Source: an uncultured Chloroflexia bacterium (GTDB lineage: Bacteria; Chloroflexota; Limnocylindria; Limnocylindrales; CSP1-4). Taken from it: a stretch of DNA of 64,000 nucleotides. A program made the translations under genes and the position numbers. The notes below the pieces were generated by a model. The model was not told the DNA's origin, did no database searches, and saw only the letters and a program-made list of their open reading frames with translations. This document shows, piece by piece, positions 54,526 through 64,000 of the stretch. The stretch is from assembly GCA_963708065.1 (NCBI GenBank), contig CAVPRZ010000006.1, forward strand, positions 193,573-257,572, written 5' to 3'. Positions within the stretch are counted from its first letter, which is position 1, and every line of letters begins with the position of its first letter.

Positions 54526-54605
54526 ACCGACGGGTGGTACGGTACCGCGCCGGCCACTGCGCGGGCCGGCCGCATCCGAACCGCGCGACCAGGCGTACCG
54601 GTGGC

Positions 54606-55292
54606 ATGCCCAGCTTCCCTCGACCGATCGTCGTTACCACGGACCGCCCGACTCGACCGACACGATCCAGGCTCGGCGCCGCCGCGGCGATCGCGCTGCT
54701 CGCTCTGGTCGCCGTTGCGATGGCCGCCGGGCCGGCGTTCGCTGCCGGCCATGCCGTCGCGATCCGCGACTCGTCGTTCGGCCCGTCGTCGATCACGATC
54801 CGGACCGGCGACTCGATCACCTGGACCAATCGGGGGACGAACAACCACAACGTGACGTTCGACTCGTTCGCCAGCGACGAGCAGATGGAGCCGGGGACGA
54901 CGTACTCCCACACGTTCAGGTCGGCCGGCACGTTCCGCTATACCTGCACGCTCCACGGGTTCACCGGCAAGGTCGTCGTGACCGGAGCTGCGCCGAAGTC
55001 GACCCCGAAGCCGACAAAGAAGCCGACGCCCAAGCCCACCGCGAAGCCGACCGCGAGTCCGGCCGTCGCGGCGTCGAGCCCGTCGCCCGCCGAGCCCGCG
55101 GCGACGCCCGCCCTCGGCGCCGTCGCCCCGAGCCCGTCTGGCGGTGGGGGCGCGGTCGCGGGGGCCGGAGTCGCTGGGGCAGGCTCCGACGGCTCGCCGG
55201 CCGGCTCGACCGGCCCGGCCATCGTGCTCCTCGTCGGGCTCGTCGCCGTCGGTGTCGTCGGGCTCGGGGTCCTCGCCCGGCGCCGGCGCTAG
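54606..55292 (+). CDS. cupredoxin-like copper-binding protein with Pro-rich linker and C-terminal TM/RRRR anchor
   Basis: ATG 54606. Signal peptide (...AMAAGPAFAAG). ITIRTGDSITWTNRGTNNHNVTF and GTFRYTCTLHGFTGKVVV give the plastocyanin-like H...C..H pattern. A (KPT)n linker and the hydrophobic tail IVLLVGLVAVGVVGLGVLARRRR follow. Confidence 0.8.
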   Translation: MPSFPRPIVVTTDRPTRPTRSRLGAAAAIALLALVAVAMAAGPAFAAGHAVAIRDSSFGPSSITIRTGDSITWTNRGTNNHNVTFDSFASDEQMEPGTTYSHTFRSAGTFRYTCTLHGFTGKVVVTGAAPKSTPKPTKKPTPKPTAKPTASPAVAASSPSPAEPAATPALGAVAPSPSGGGGAVAGAGVAGAGSDGSPAGSTGPAIVLLVGLVAVGVVGLGVLARRRR

Positions 55293-55347
55293 ACCGGGCG
55301 CGCGGGCGGACCGCCACCGCCTCGGGCCGCCCGGCCCCATCGGCGGC

Positions 55348-56713
55348 CTAGCCGAACAGCTCGTCGACCGCGGCGGCGAACACCTCGGTGTGGCGATCGA
55401 CGTCGGCCTCGGTCGTCGCCGGGCACATCAGGGCCATGTTGTGGAACGGGGTCATGAGGATCCGCCGGTTCATCGCGTAGAGGTGGAGGAAGCGCTCCAG
55501 CTCGAAGTCGCCCGCCGCGAACTGCTCGGCGCCGTCCCGCGGGACGGTCGCCATGAAGTGGTACTCGGCGCGGCAGCCCAGCCGGGTGACGTGCCATGGG
55601 ACGCCGCGCGAGGCGATGACGTCCTCGACCCCGGCCGTCCAGCGTTCGCCGAGCCCGATCATCCGCTCGAACGCGGCGTCGGTCAGGACCTCGGTCAGGG
55701 TCGCCCGGACCGCGCTCATCGACAGGGCGTAGCCGGCGAGCGTCCCGCCGATCCCGCCGACGTCGACGTCCTCGAGCTCGATGCTCGTCGAGATCCGATC
55801 GCCGATCTCCTCGGTGAAGCCGTACGTCCCGACCGGGATCCCGCCGCCGATCGTCTTGCCGATGACGAGCATGTCCGGGTCGAGGCCCCAGGCGCCGGTC
55901 GCCCCGCCCGGGCCGGCGCAGATCGTGTGGGTCTCGTCGATGATCAGGATCGTCCCGGTCTCACGGGTCAGGCGGCGGACGGCATCGTGATAGCCGGGAT
56001 CGGGAAGCACGATGCCGACGTTCGTCAGCGCCGGCTCGATCAGGACCGCCGCGACGTCGCGGTCGGCGAGGGCGCGCTCGAGCGCCGCGACGTCGTTGAA
56101 GGGGACGACGCGGGTCGTCAGCGCCGGGTCGACCGCCGGCCCCGTGTTGCCCTTGCTCGGGACGACCCGGCCCGTCCGCGTCGAGCGAGGCGAACGTCTC
56201 GTCGACCGAGCCGTGGTAGTTGTGGTCGTGGACGACGACCTTCGAGCGGCCCGAGATGTGCCGGGCGAGCCGGAGCGAGAACCGGTTCGCGTCGGTCGCG
56301 GTGATCGTGAACTGCCAGTAGCGGAGCCCGAACCGGCGGCGGAGCTCGTCGCCGGCGGCGATGGCGTCCTCGATCGGCAGCATGAGGGTGATCCCGCGCC
56401 GGAGCTGGCGCTCGACCGCGGCGACCGTCGGGGCAGGGGAGTGCCCGGCCATCGCCCCGGTGTCGCCGAGGCAGAAGTCGATGTAGTCGTGGCCGTCGAC
56501 ATCGACGAAGTGGGCCCCGCTCGCCGTGTCGACGAACAGCGGGAAGCCGCCGGCCCACTTGACCATCCAGTTCATCGGGACGCCGTCGAGCAGCGAGCCC
56601 CTGGCCCGCTCGTGGAGGGCGAGCGAGCGGGGGTTGTCGGCGGCGAACGTCGCCAGCTCGCGGTCCATCAGGCGGGCGAGCCGCGACCGGTCGAGGGTGA
56701 GGGTGACGGGCAA
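55348..56713 (-). CDS. class III aminotransferase (glutamate-1-semialdehyde-aminomutase-like); frameshifted near 56171 as sequenced
   Basis: ORF 55961..56713 (FVDVDGHDYIDFCLGDTGAMAGHSP...YHGSVDETFASLDADG) continues in ORF 55348..56502 (RVVPSKGNTGP...LIIDETHT...VIGKTIGGGIP, the PLP-Lys context). Confidence 0.8.
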
Positions 56714-56838
56714 CGCAGGGGCCTCCGCGCAGCGTGGCTGGACGGTGCCGGCGGTGGCCGGCGAGGCTCCATCTTGCGCCTCGCGGCGCGCGTCGGTGAG
56801 GTTCGGGCCGTGCGCCGAGACGCCGCCGGCCGGGCGGC

Positions 56839-57042
56839 CTAGGCGACCCGGCGGGTGTAGCCGCAGATCGGGCAGGTCGCCGTCTGCGTGACGGAATCGG
56901 GCTCGAGGAAGCTGGGGCAGCCGTTGGTCGAGCAGAAGATGCGGCCGGCGTTCGCCGACGCCGCGTTCGAGGTGCGCCGGCGCATCCGGCGGATCGCCCC
57001 GGCGCGAGCCGAGGTGGACTGGGTCATGGATCGGGAAAGCAT
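56839..57042 (-). CDS. small basic zinc-ribbon protein (67 aa), hypothetical
   Basis: AAGGA lies 4-5 nt before ATG 57042. The frame is GC3-rich. A basic N-terminus (RRMRRRTSN) is followed by FCSTNGC...CPICGY (C-x4-C ... C-x2-C). Confidence 0.5.
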   Translation of the reverse strand: MLSRSMTQSTSARAGAIRRMRRRTSNAASANAGRIFCSTNGCPSFLEPDSVTQTATCPICGYTRRVA

Positions 57043-57291
57043 TCGTTCCTTCGGGTTCTCGGGCGTCGCACGGATCGTTCCGGCGCCGTCCCGCTGGTCC
57101 GCCCGGTCGCTGGTTGCACGAAGCCGGGGCGGTGGTATGTGAGTCGCCTGGCGCGTCGCGGGAGCGGAGGTTTCGGATGCTCTGACCTGCGACGCCGCGC
57201 CGGCGTTGACCTCGGAATCATGGGCCAGAACAGCCGTTCTGTCAACCGCGCGTCCGTCCCGGACCAGGGGGCCGATGGTAGGCTCCCGCCG

Positions 57292-58719
57292 ATGACCGTC
57301 GATCCGACGCCCGTCCCGTCACCCGGATCGGAGCCGTCGCCGAAGCCCGGCCGCCGCCGCACGGACCGCGAGATCGTGCTGTTCGCGCTCGGCCTGCTGG
57401 CGGTCGCCGCGATCCTGGTGCTCCTCCCGGACCTCGGGCCGCCCGAGGCCCGCGGGCTCGTCGGCGAGCGGGTCCACGCCAGGATCGTCGAGCTCCCGCC
57501 GGCCGCCGATGGGCAGGCCCCGACGGCGACGGTCGAGTTCCTCGAAGGGCCGCTCCGTGGCGAGCGCGACTCGGCCGACCTCGAGGGGCCGTCCGGGCAG
57601 CTCCAGCTTCCCGACTACGCGATCGGCGACGAGGTGATCGTCGCGGTCGACAAGCAACCCGACGGGACGACGACCTACTCGGTCATCGACCGCTGGCGGC
57701 TGCCGCTCATGGGTGGCCTGGTCGCCGTCTTCGCGCTCGTCACGATTGCGGTCGCGGGCTGGCGGGGAGCCCGCTCGCTCGTCGCGCTCGCGCTCTCGCT
57801 CGCGCTGGCGATCCGGGTCCTCATCCCGCTCCTGCTCGCCGGCTGGAACCCGCTCTTCCTGGCCATCGCCCTTGGCGCGGCGGTGACCGTGGTCTCGTTC
57901 GTGCTGACCCAGGGCCTCAACCGCACGACGGGCTCGGCGATCGCCGGGACGCTGGCCGGCCTGGCGATCACCGGCGTCCTCGCGGCGGTCGTGACGGTCC
58001 TGGCGCGGTTCACCCCGGCACAGGGTTCAGAGGAGGTCCTCGCGATCGGCCAGCTGGCCGGCGACACGATCGACCTGTCCGGGCTCCTGCTGGCGGGCGT
58101 CGTGTTCGGCGCGCTCGGGGTGCTCAACGACGTGGCGATGAGCCAGGCGGCGACGGTCGAGGAGCTCCGCTCGGTCGACCCGACGATCGGCCGGCGCGCC
58201 CTCTACGGGCGGACGATGAACGTCGGGATCGCCCACCTGTCGGCGACCGTCAACACGCTCGTGTTCGCCTACCTCGGGACGGCCCTGCCGCTGCTCGTCC
58301 TGTTCTCGATCCAGGTCCGCGGTCTCGGCTTCCCGTTGAATGAGGAGATCATCGCCGTCGAGGTCGTGCGGGCGCTGATCGGCAGCATCGGGATCGTGCT
58401 GACCGTGCCGATCACGACGGCCATCGCCGTCCGGGTCCTGGCGCCGGGGGCGAGGCGGACCCCTCGCGGGACCGTGGCGATGGCCTGGCGACGGCGCGGC
58501 GGCGCGGCTCCGGCTCCGTCACGCTCCGCGGCGCCGGCTCCGTCGGGCACCGGAGCGACGGCGACGGCCGCGGAAGGCGCGGGGCTCGCCGAGTGGGTCG
58601 GTCGAAGCGCCGCGCTCGATCCGACCGACCAGTCCGAGGATGGGACTCCGGCGGAGCAGGGCGGCACCGTGGTGACGGAGGCACCCGACCCCGACCCCAC
58701 GTCGACGCTCGGCCTGTAA
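57292..58719 (+). CDS. YibE/F family membrane protein
   Basis: ATG 57292. An N-terminal TM segment and beta-rich ectodomain are followed by a multi-TM core with GVLNDVAMSQAATVEEL and MNVGIAHLSATVNTLVFAYLG, as I know them from YibE/F proteins. Confidence 0.8.
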   Translation: MTVDPTPVPSPGSEPSPKPGRRRTDREIVLFALGLLAVAAILVLLPDLGPPEARGLVGERVHARIVELPPAADGQAPTATVEFLEGPLRGERDSADLEGPSGQLQLPDYAIGDEVIVAVDKQPDGTTTYSVIDRWRLPLMGGLVAVFALVTIAVAGWRGARSLVALALSLALAIRVLIPLLLAGWNPLFLAIALGAAVTVVSFVLTQGLNRTTGSAIAGTLAGLAITGVLAAVVTVLARFTPAQGSEEVLAIGQLAGDTIDLSGLLLAGVVFGALGVLNDVAMSQAATVEELRSVDPTIGRRALYGRTMNVGIAHLSATVNTLVFAYLGTALPLLVLFSIQVRGLGFPLNEEIIAVEVVRALIGSIGIVLTVPITTAIAVRVLAPGARRTPRGTVAMAWRRRGGAAPAPSRSAAPAPSGTGATATAAEGAGLAEWVGRSAALDPTDQSEDGTPAEQGGTVVTEAPDPDPTSTLGL

Positions 58720-58741
58720 CCGCGCCGGGTGCCGCCGAGGG

Positions 58742-60796
58742 TCAGCGGGCGGTCCCGACGATGGCCACGATCTCGTCGCCGTAGCGCTCGAGCTTCGTCG
58801 GTCCGACGCCCGGGATCGCCGCGAGGTCGGCGAGCGAACCCGGCCGGCGCTCGGCGATCGCCGTCAGGGTGGTGTCGTGGAAGATCACGTACGGCGGTAC
58901 GGCGTCGGTCCGCGCCCGTTCCAGGCGCCATGCGCGGAGGGCATCGAAGAGCGACCCGTCCGGAGCGAGCCCGGCGGACGATGGGCCGCCGGTCCCGACG
59001 AGTCGCGCCGGGGTGCCTGGCCGCCGGTCCGGGCCGGCGGCCGCCACGACTCCCGGCGCCCGTCTCGAGGCGGGCAGGATCTCGAGCAGGAAGCGCGACC
59101 GGCGCCGGTCGGTCGAGCGGCCGTCGCGCCGGCGGGCCGACGACAGCCAGAGGTGGATCCGCGCCCGGGTGATCCCGACATAGAGCAGGCGGCGCTCCTC
59201 GGCCAGCTCGGCCGGTTCGGTCGCCTGGCGGATCGGCAGGATCCCCTCCTCGAGTGCCGGCAGGAACACGGCGTCCCACTCGAGCCCCTTCGCCCGGTGA
59301 TAGGTCAGCAGCTCGACACCCGAGCCGGCCCCGCCCTCGGCCTCGGCGGCGGCCCGGCGGTCGACCTCGGCGAGGAAGGACTCGGTGCCGGCGGCCGGGT
59401 CGTCGGCCTCGAGCTCGCGGCCGACCTCGAGCAGCGCGAGCAGGGCGCCGTGGCGCTGGCGCGCCTCCTCCCCGGCCGGGACGTCGTCCGGCCGGAAGTC
59501 GAGCGCCCGGGCCCAGGTCTCCGCCAGCCGTGCCGTCAGTCCATCGTTGTCGGCGGGTTCCGATCGTTCGGGGCCACGCCGCCTGGTCGCCCGGACCGCG
59601 GCGATCGCCCGGCGGATCTCGGGGCGGGAGAAGAAGCGCTCACCCCGGAGCTGGAACGGGACGCCGGCCGCGCGGAGCGCGGCCTCGAACCCGACGAGCT
59701 GGCCGTTCGTCCGGACCAGGACAGCGATCTCCTCCGGGGCGACGCCGTCCGCGATGAGCCGGCGCGCGTCGACCGCGATCGACCGCTCTTCCTCGTCCCC
59801 GGTCGTGAACTGGCGGATCGTCGGGGGCGGACCGTCGGGCTGGGTCGCGACGAGCCGCTTCGGCGGCCCCGCCGCGACCCGCGGGGTCCGGGCGAGGAGC
59901 CGGTTGGCGAGCTCGATGACCTGCGGGCTCGACCGGTAGTTGGTCTCGAGCCGGATCACCCGGGCCGTGGGATAGCGCGCCGTGAACCCGGTCAGCCACT
60001 CCGACGACGCTCCGGTGAACGTGTAGATCGTCTGGTCCTCGTCGCCGACGACGGCCAGGTCGTCACGCCCGCCGAGCCACGCGTCGAGGAGCGCCTGCTG
60101 GAGGGCGTTGGTGTCCTGGTACTCGTCGACGCTGAACCAGCGGTAGCGGTCCCGGACCTCGGCGGCGATCCCCGGTTCGTCCTCGAGCAGCCGCACGGTC
60201 ATCTCGAGCATGTCCTCGAAGTCGATCCGGCCGGCCCGCGCCTTGGCCGCTTCGTACCGCCGGTAGAGCGGCGCGAAGAGGCGCGCCGGGAGGGGACCAT
60301 CGTGGCCGGCGGCCGGGAGCGCCTCCTCGTAGTCGGCCGGCGAGACCCGCCGTGCCTTGGCCCACTCGATCTCGCCGGCCAGGTCGCGGACCGCGACGTA
60401 GCGATAGCCGCCGGGCAGCCCGCGGGCCAGGTCGACGAGCATCGGGACCTTGGACTCCAGGACCGCCGGCAGGTCGGCCCCGGTGACCCGGGGCCAGAAG
60501 TGGCGGAGCTGGCGCAGGGCCGCCGCATGGAAGGTCGAGGCGGCGATCCCGGGCCGACCGAGCTCCGCGAGCCGCGCCCGCATCTCACCGGCCGCCTTGT
60601 CGGTGAACGTAACGACGAGCACGTGCCCGGGCGCCACCGTCCCGGTCGCGACCGCATGCGCCACGCGATGCGAGATCGCCCGCGTCTTGCCCGTCCCCGC
60701 CCCGGCCAGGATGCAGACCGGACCGGTCGTCGCGAGCGCCGCCTCGCGCTGGGCGGGGTCGAGATCGGCGAGCAGGTCGGGGACCGGATCGGGCAC
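58742..60796 (-). CDS. uvrD2: UvrD/Rep-family SF1A DNA helicase with C-terminal HRDC domain (UvrD2-like)
   Basis: 684-aa ORF with [51 protein letters not shown] and YVGITRAR. The C-terminal HRDC region reads [14 protein letters not shown]...[15 protein letters not shown]. Confidence 0.85.
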   Translation of the reverse strand: MPDPVPDLLADLDPAQREAALATTGPVCILAGAGTGKTRAISHRVAHAVATGTVAPGHVLVVTFTDKAAGEMRARLAELGRPGIAASTFHAAALRQLRHFWPRVTGADLPAVLESKVPMLVDLARGLPGGYRYVAVRDLAGEIEWAKARRVSPADYEEALPAAGHDGPLPARLFAPLYRRYEAAKARAGRIDFEDMLEMTVRLLEDEPGIAAEVRDRYRWFSVDEYQDTNALQQALLDAWLGGRDDLAVVGDEDQTIYTFTGASSEWLTGFTARYPTARVIRLETNYRSSPQVIELANRLLARTPRVAAGPPKRLVATQPDGPPPTIRQFTTGDEEERSIAVDARRLIADGVAPEEIAVLVRTNGQLVGFEAALRAAGVPFQLRGERFFSRPEIRRAIAAVRATRRRGPERSEPADNDGLTARLAETWARALDFRPDDVPAGEEARQRHGALLALLEVGRELEADDPAAGTESFLAEVDRRAAAEAEGGAGSGVELLTYHRAKGLEWDAVFLPALEEGILPIRQATEPAELAEERRLLYVGITRARIHLWLSSARRRDGRSTDRRRSRFLLEILPASRRAPGVVAAAGPDRRPGTPARLVGTGGPSSAGLAPDGSLFDALRAWRLERARTDAVPPYVIFHDTTLTAIAERRPGSLADLAAIPGVGPTKLERYGDEIVAIVGTAR

Positions 60797-61011
60797 CGGG
60801 TCATCCTAGCCGGGCCGGCTCATCGGTCCCTCACCGCGCCGGGGTGACGACGCTCCGGCGCATTCGGGCGACCTCGGCTATGCTGTGGCCTCGTGCTCCG
60901 ACGGGCGCCACCGGTCTGCGCCTTCAGTCCCCCCACCGTCCGATCCCGAACCACCCACGCCCTGACCGGGCCCCGCGAGATGCGGGAGGGCCCGCTCAGG
61001 AGCGTTCCTTC

Positions 61012-62568
61012 ATGTCATTCGCACCCCTCGGGCTGACGCCCGAGCTGCTCCGCGCCGTCGCGGACCAGGGCTACCTCGAGCCCACGGCCGTCCAGGCCGA
61101 GGCGATCCCGCTCGTGCTCGAGGGCCGCGACGTCCTCGCCGGCGCCCAGACGGGGACCGGCAAGACCGCCGCCTTCGTCCTCCCGATCCTCCAGCGACTG
61201 CACGCGACGCGCCCCACCACCGGGCCGGCCGAGGTCCCCGCCCGGGGATCCGGCAGCCGGGTGGACCATCACCGGCGCGAAGCCACGCGCCCGCCGATCC
61301 GCTGCCTGATCCTCACGCCGACCCGCGAGCTCGCGCTCCAGGTCGAGGAGAGCGTCCGCACCTACGGCGCGCGCCGGCCCGTCCGCTCGACGGTGATCTA
61401 CGGCGGTGTCGGCTTCGACGCCCAGGTCCGGGCGCTCCGGGCCGGCCCGGAGATCGTCGTGGCGACCCCGGGTCGCCTGCTCGATCACGTCGGCCAGGGC
61501 ACGATCGACCTGTCCCGGGTCGAGGTCCTCGTCCTCGACGAGGCCGACCGGATGCTCGACATGGGGTTCATCCGCGACATCCGCCGGATCCTCGGCCTCC
61601 TCCCGCCGCGCCGCCAGAACCTCCTGTTCAGCGCGACCTTCTCGACCGAGATCCGACGGCTCGCCGACGGCATCCTCGACCGGCCGGCCCAGGTCCAGGT
61701 CACGCCCCGGAACACGACGGTCGAGCTCGTCCGCCAGGTGGTCCACCCGGTCGACCGCGAGCGCAAGCGCGAGCTCCTGAGCCACCTCATCCGGTCCGGC
61801 CGGATCGACCAGGCGCTCGTCTTCGCCCGCACGAAGCACGGCGCCAACCGGCTCGCCGAGCAGCTCGGGCGCGACGGCATCGCGGCCGCGGCGATCCACG
61901 GCAACCGCAGCCAGGCCCAGCGGGTCCGAGCCCTGGCCGACTTCAAGTCGGGCCGGGTGGCGATCCTCGTGGCGACCGACATCGCCGCCCGGGGGATCGA
62001 CATCGACGGGCTGCCCCACGTCGTCAACTTCGAGCTGCCGATGACTCCCGAGGACTACGTCCATCGGATCGGACGAACGGCCCGCGCCGGGCTGGACGGG
62101 GACGCGGTCTCGCTCGTCTGCGTCGACGAATCGAAGCTCCTGTGGCAGATCGAGGCGCTCCTCCGGACGAAGCTCCCGGTCGAGGTCGTCGCCGGGTTCG
62201 AGCCCGACCGGTCGATCCGTCCCGAGCCGATCCGGCTCCGCCAGGCGGCGGGCCGGCCGCGTCCGGCCATGAGCCAGCCGCACCGTCCGGGTCGCCCAGG
62301 TGCCGGGTTCGCTCCCGCCGGACGCCCCGCGGTCCGACCCGGCCGCCCGGCGCGACCCGCCGGGACTCGATCGGGCGGCCACCTCCGACCAGACGCGCGT
62401 CCCGCGCAGGGCCCTGCGCAGCACGGTGCTCCGCGTCCCGCCGCGGCCATGCCGACCGGTGATCCGGCCCGCGGGCACGGCGGCGGGGGCCGGCCGATCG
62501 TGACCCTCCCGGGCGAGCGATTCGCCCGTGCCGCGAGCCGACCCACGGACGACCGCAGCCGGCGCTGA
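61012..62568 (+). CDS. DEAD-box ATP-dependent RNA helicase (RhlE-like) with Arg/Pro/Gly-rich tail
   Basis: AGGAG, then ATG 61012. Q-motif, [26 protein letters not shown] and [10 protein letters not shown] are all present. Confidence 0.9.
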   Translation: MSFAPLGLTPELLRAVADQGYLEPTAVQAEAIPLVLEGRDVLAGAQTGTGKTAAFVLPILQRLHATRPTTGPAEVPARGSGSRVDHHRREATRPPIRCLILTPTRELALQVEESVRTYGARRPVRSTVIYGGVGFDAQVRALRAGPEIVVATPGRLLDHVGQGTIDLSRVEVLVLDEADRMLDMGFIRDIRRILGLLPPRRQNLLFSATFSTEIRRLADGILDRPAQVQVTPRNTTVELVRQVVHPVDRERKRELLSHLIRSGRIDQALVFARTKHGANRLAEQLGRDGIAAAAIHGNRSQAQRVRALADFKSGRVAILVATDIAARGIDIDGLPHVVNFELPMTPEDYVHRIGRTARAGLDGDAVSLVCVDESKLLWQIEALLRTKLPVEVVAGFEPDRSIRPEPIRLRQAAGRPRPAMSQPHRPGRPGAGFAPAGRPAVRPGRPARPAGTRSGGHLRPDARPAQGPAQHGAPRPAAAMPTGDPARGHGGGGRPIVTLPGERFARAASRPTDDRSRR

Positions 62569-62586
62569 CCGGCGCATCATCACGCC

Positions 62587-63075
62587 GTGTCGCGCTTCTG
62601 GCGCCGGGCATGGCCCGTCTTCTACCGCCTGATCCGGGTCTTCGAGCCGGTCACCCTGCGGCTGACCCGGCGCTTCGGCCTGGGTGACACGGTCGAGCTT
62701 GCCGTCCGGCGGCGCAGCGGCACGGCGAGGCCCATCCTCCTCGGGCTGCTCCGCGTCCGCGGCGACTGGTACGTCGGCCACCCGAACGGCGAGTGCCGCT
62801 GGACCCGCGATCTCGACCGCTCGCCGGAGGCCGTCGTGTCGGCGGCCTGGCTCCGGCCCACGACCGTCCGGGCGGTCCTCCTGGCGGCCGGCGAGGAGCG
62901 GTCGGACGCGATCGGCGCGACGTTCCGCCAGCACCCCTTCCCGGGCAACGTCCTGTACTGGCTGGCCCGGCGCCACATCCGGGCGGTCGGACGCTACTAC
63001 CGGCTGGACGTCGTACCGGAAGCCGCCGACGCGGCCACCGTCAGCGGCGGTGGTAGCGCTCGAGGAGCGCGCTGA
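62587..63075 (+). CDS. possible deazaflavin-dependent nitroreductase/quinone-reductase-fold protein (DUF385/Ddn-like), tentative
   Basis: 162-aa GC3-rich ORF. The layout resembles Ddn-type split-barrel proteins (RRRSGTARPILLGLLRVRGDWYVGHPNGECRWTRDL versus GRKTGQPR...ASKGG...WYLNL). Similarity was judged by eye only. Confidence 0.45.
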   Translation: MSRFWRRAWPVFYRLIRVFEPVTLRLTRRFGLGDTVELAVRRRSGTARPILLGLLRVRGDWYVGHPNGECRWTRDLDRSPEAVVSAAWLRPTTVRAVLLAAGEERSDAIGATFRQHPFPGNVLYWLARRHIRAVGRYYRLDVVPEAADAATVSGGGSARGAR

Positions 63076-63580
63076 CGGCCTCGCGCGCCTCGCGCCACTC
63101 GGCCTGGTCGCCGACGACCGACGCGGCCCCGGCGCCCCAGCGGGCGAGCTGGGTCATCGCGTTGACGATCGTGTCGTGCTGGAAGGTCCGGCGCCGCCCG
63201 CCGTCGACGACGCCCGTGACGAGGTAGCGCCGGACGAGGTCGAACGGGGCGTACCAGCGGCCGACCTGGATCCGGTCGCCCTGGCGGAGCGACTCGAGCC
63301 AGCCGTCGTCACCGACCGGATGGCGTTCGTGCTCGGCGATGTGCTCGGCGATCGGGAGGTGCCGGCCGGTCCCGGCCAGCGACGGGAGGAGCCCGTCGTC
63401 GGAGACGGTCGTGTAGCAGACCGGGCACGTCGGCAGCTCGGCGTCGGCCCGGGGCGCCTCGCCGAACGGAATGCCGCACCGGGCGCAGATCGTCGCCCCG
63501 GGACGGCTCGGTCCCCGGCCGCACTGGCGACAGCTGGCCGGCCGCGGCGCCGGTCCGGGCTCCCGCCGGACGCTCAGCAT
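63041..63580 (-). CDS. hypothetical protein with two zinc-ribbon-like Cys pairs
   Basis: ATG 63580 (MLSVRREPGP...). CRQCG...CARCG and CPVCY are followed by a conserved-looking globular C-terminus (WLESLRQGDRIQVGRWYAPFDLVRRYLVTG). The part of ORF 63041..63940 upstream of 63580 is Arg-rich filler. Confidence 0.5.
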   Translation of the reverse strand: MLSVRREPGPAPRPASCRQCGRGPSRPGATICARCGIPFGEAPRADAELPTCPVCYTTVSDDGLLPSLAGTGRHLPIAEHIAEHERHPVGDDGWLESLRQGDRIQVGRWYAPFDLVRRYLVTGVVDGGRRRTFQHDTIVNAMTQLARWGAGAASVVGDQAEWREAREAVSALLERYHRR

Positions 63581-63731
63581 CGCGCGATGGCGGGCGCGAT
63601 CCGACCGCTGGCTGACAGGCCGAGCCGGGGATCGACGAGCGGTGGCATCGTCCCGACGGTAGCCGCCGTGCCGAGCCGTCGGCCATCCCCCGTTCGGGGT
63701 CGTCCTGGCCCGCCGTTCGTCCGGGCCCGGT

Positions 63732-64000
63732 CTACGTCCCGCCCATCCCGCCCATCGGGCCCGCCGGACGGACGTAGAGCGCGACCTGCCAGATGCGGGC
63801 CGCGTCGCAGGACCCGCCGCTCGAACCCGGCGTCCCGGACGAGCCGGTCCATCGCCGCCTCGGAGTGGACGTGGATCCGGAAGCTGTCGCGGGCGACGTG
63901 GTAGCCGACGTTGATCAGACGGGCCCCGAGCCGTGTCCACAAGGCGTCGCGCGGATAGACGATCCCGATCATCCGGCGGGCGTGCTCGACGGACCGTCCG
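63732..64000 (-). CDS. C-terminal part of a probable SAM-dependent methyltransferase (N-terminus beyond right edge); frame break near 63800
   Basis: The minus frame is open to the window end: ...RSVEHARRMIGIVYPRDALWTRLGARLINVGYHVARDSFRIHVHSEAAMDRLVRDAGFE. A one-base shift gives a plausible end RIWQVALYVRPAGPMGGMGGT* with a stop at 63734..63732. Confidence 0.4.

Overview
Very GC-rich (about 70% or more by eye, not computed), tightly packed chromosomal DNA. I can support 62 protein-coding loci. I found no rRNA or tRNA genes, no CRISPR array, and no transposase, integrase or phage genes. The gene content fits an F420-using soil bacterium (Actinomycetota/Chloroflexota-like); the exact taxon cannot be determined from this window.

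Main blocks:
1. 1-6.4 kb, minus strand: an operon PPOX-LLM-cofD-cofC-cofE-LLM for F420 biosynthesis and use, followed by a GGDEF protein that is missing from the ORF track.
2. 6.7-13.0 kb: an Fe3+/polyamine-type ABC importer plus an FAD oxidoreductase and a HAD hydrolase.
3. 13-22 kb: DUF1684, MTA phosphorylase, another LLM, IMPase, a 5'-3' exonuclease, SRPBCC, nicotinamidase and a MOP flippase.
4. 22.6-28.3 kb: aceE, two SIMPL/DUF541 paralogs and a PQQ sugar dehydrogenase.
5. 28.7-40.1 kb: a sugar or Amadori-type catabolic locus. One arm carries GH4, ABC transporter, GntR, SIS, amidohydrolase_2 and DUF72. The divergent arm carries a LacD-type aldolase and two PfkB kinases.
6. MarR/YceI divergent pair.
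7. 43-49.7 kb: a nitrogen-compound cluster (DAO-type oxidase, class V aminotransferase, amidinotransferase-fold enzyme, M20 hydrolase, GNAT).
8. A ~1150-aa Cas4-like nuclease + DEDD exonuclease + SF1B helicase fusion of unknown role.
9. UvrD2-like and DEAD-box helicases.

Major caveat: about 20 single-base frame breaks interrupt otherwise well-conserved genes, often at short G/C runs. Either the sequence is indel-error-prone or the genome is unusually pseudogene-rich. All frame-break coordinates were found by eye and are accurate to about +/-10 nt.

The most unexplained non-coding structure is a ~50-bp-period repeat array with internal dyad symmetry at 13.09-13.31 kb.
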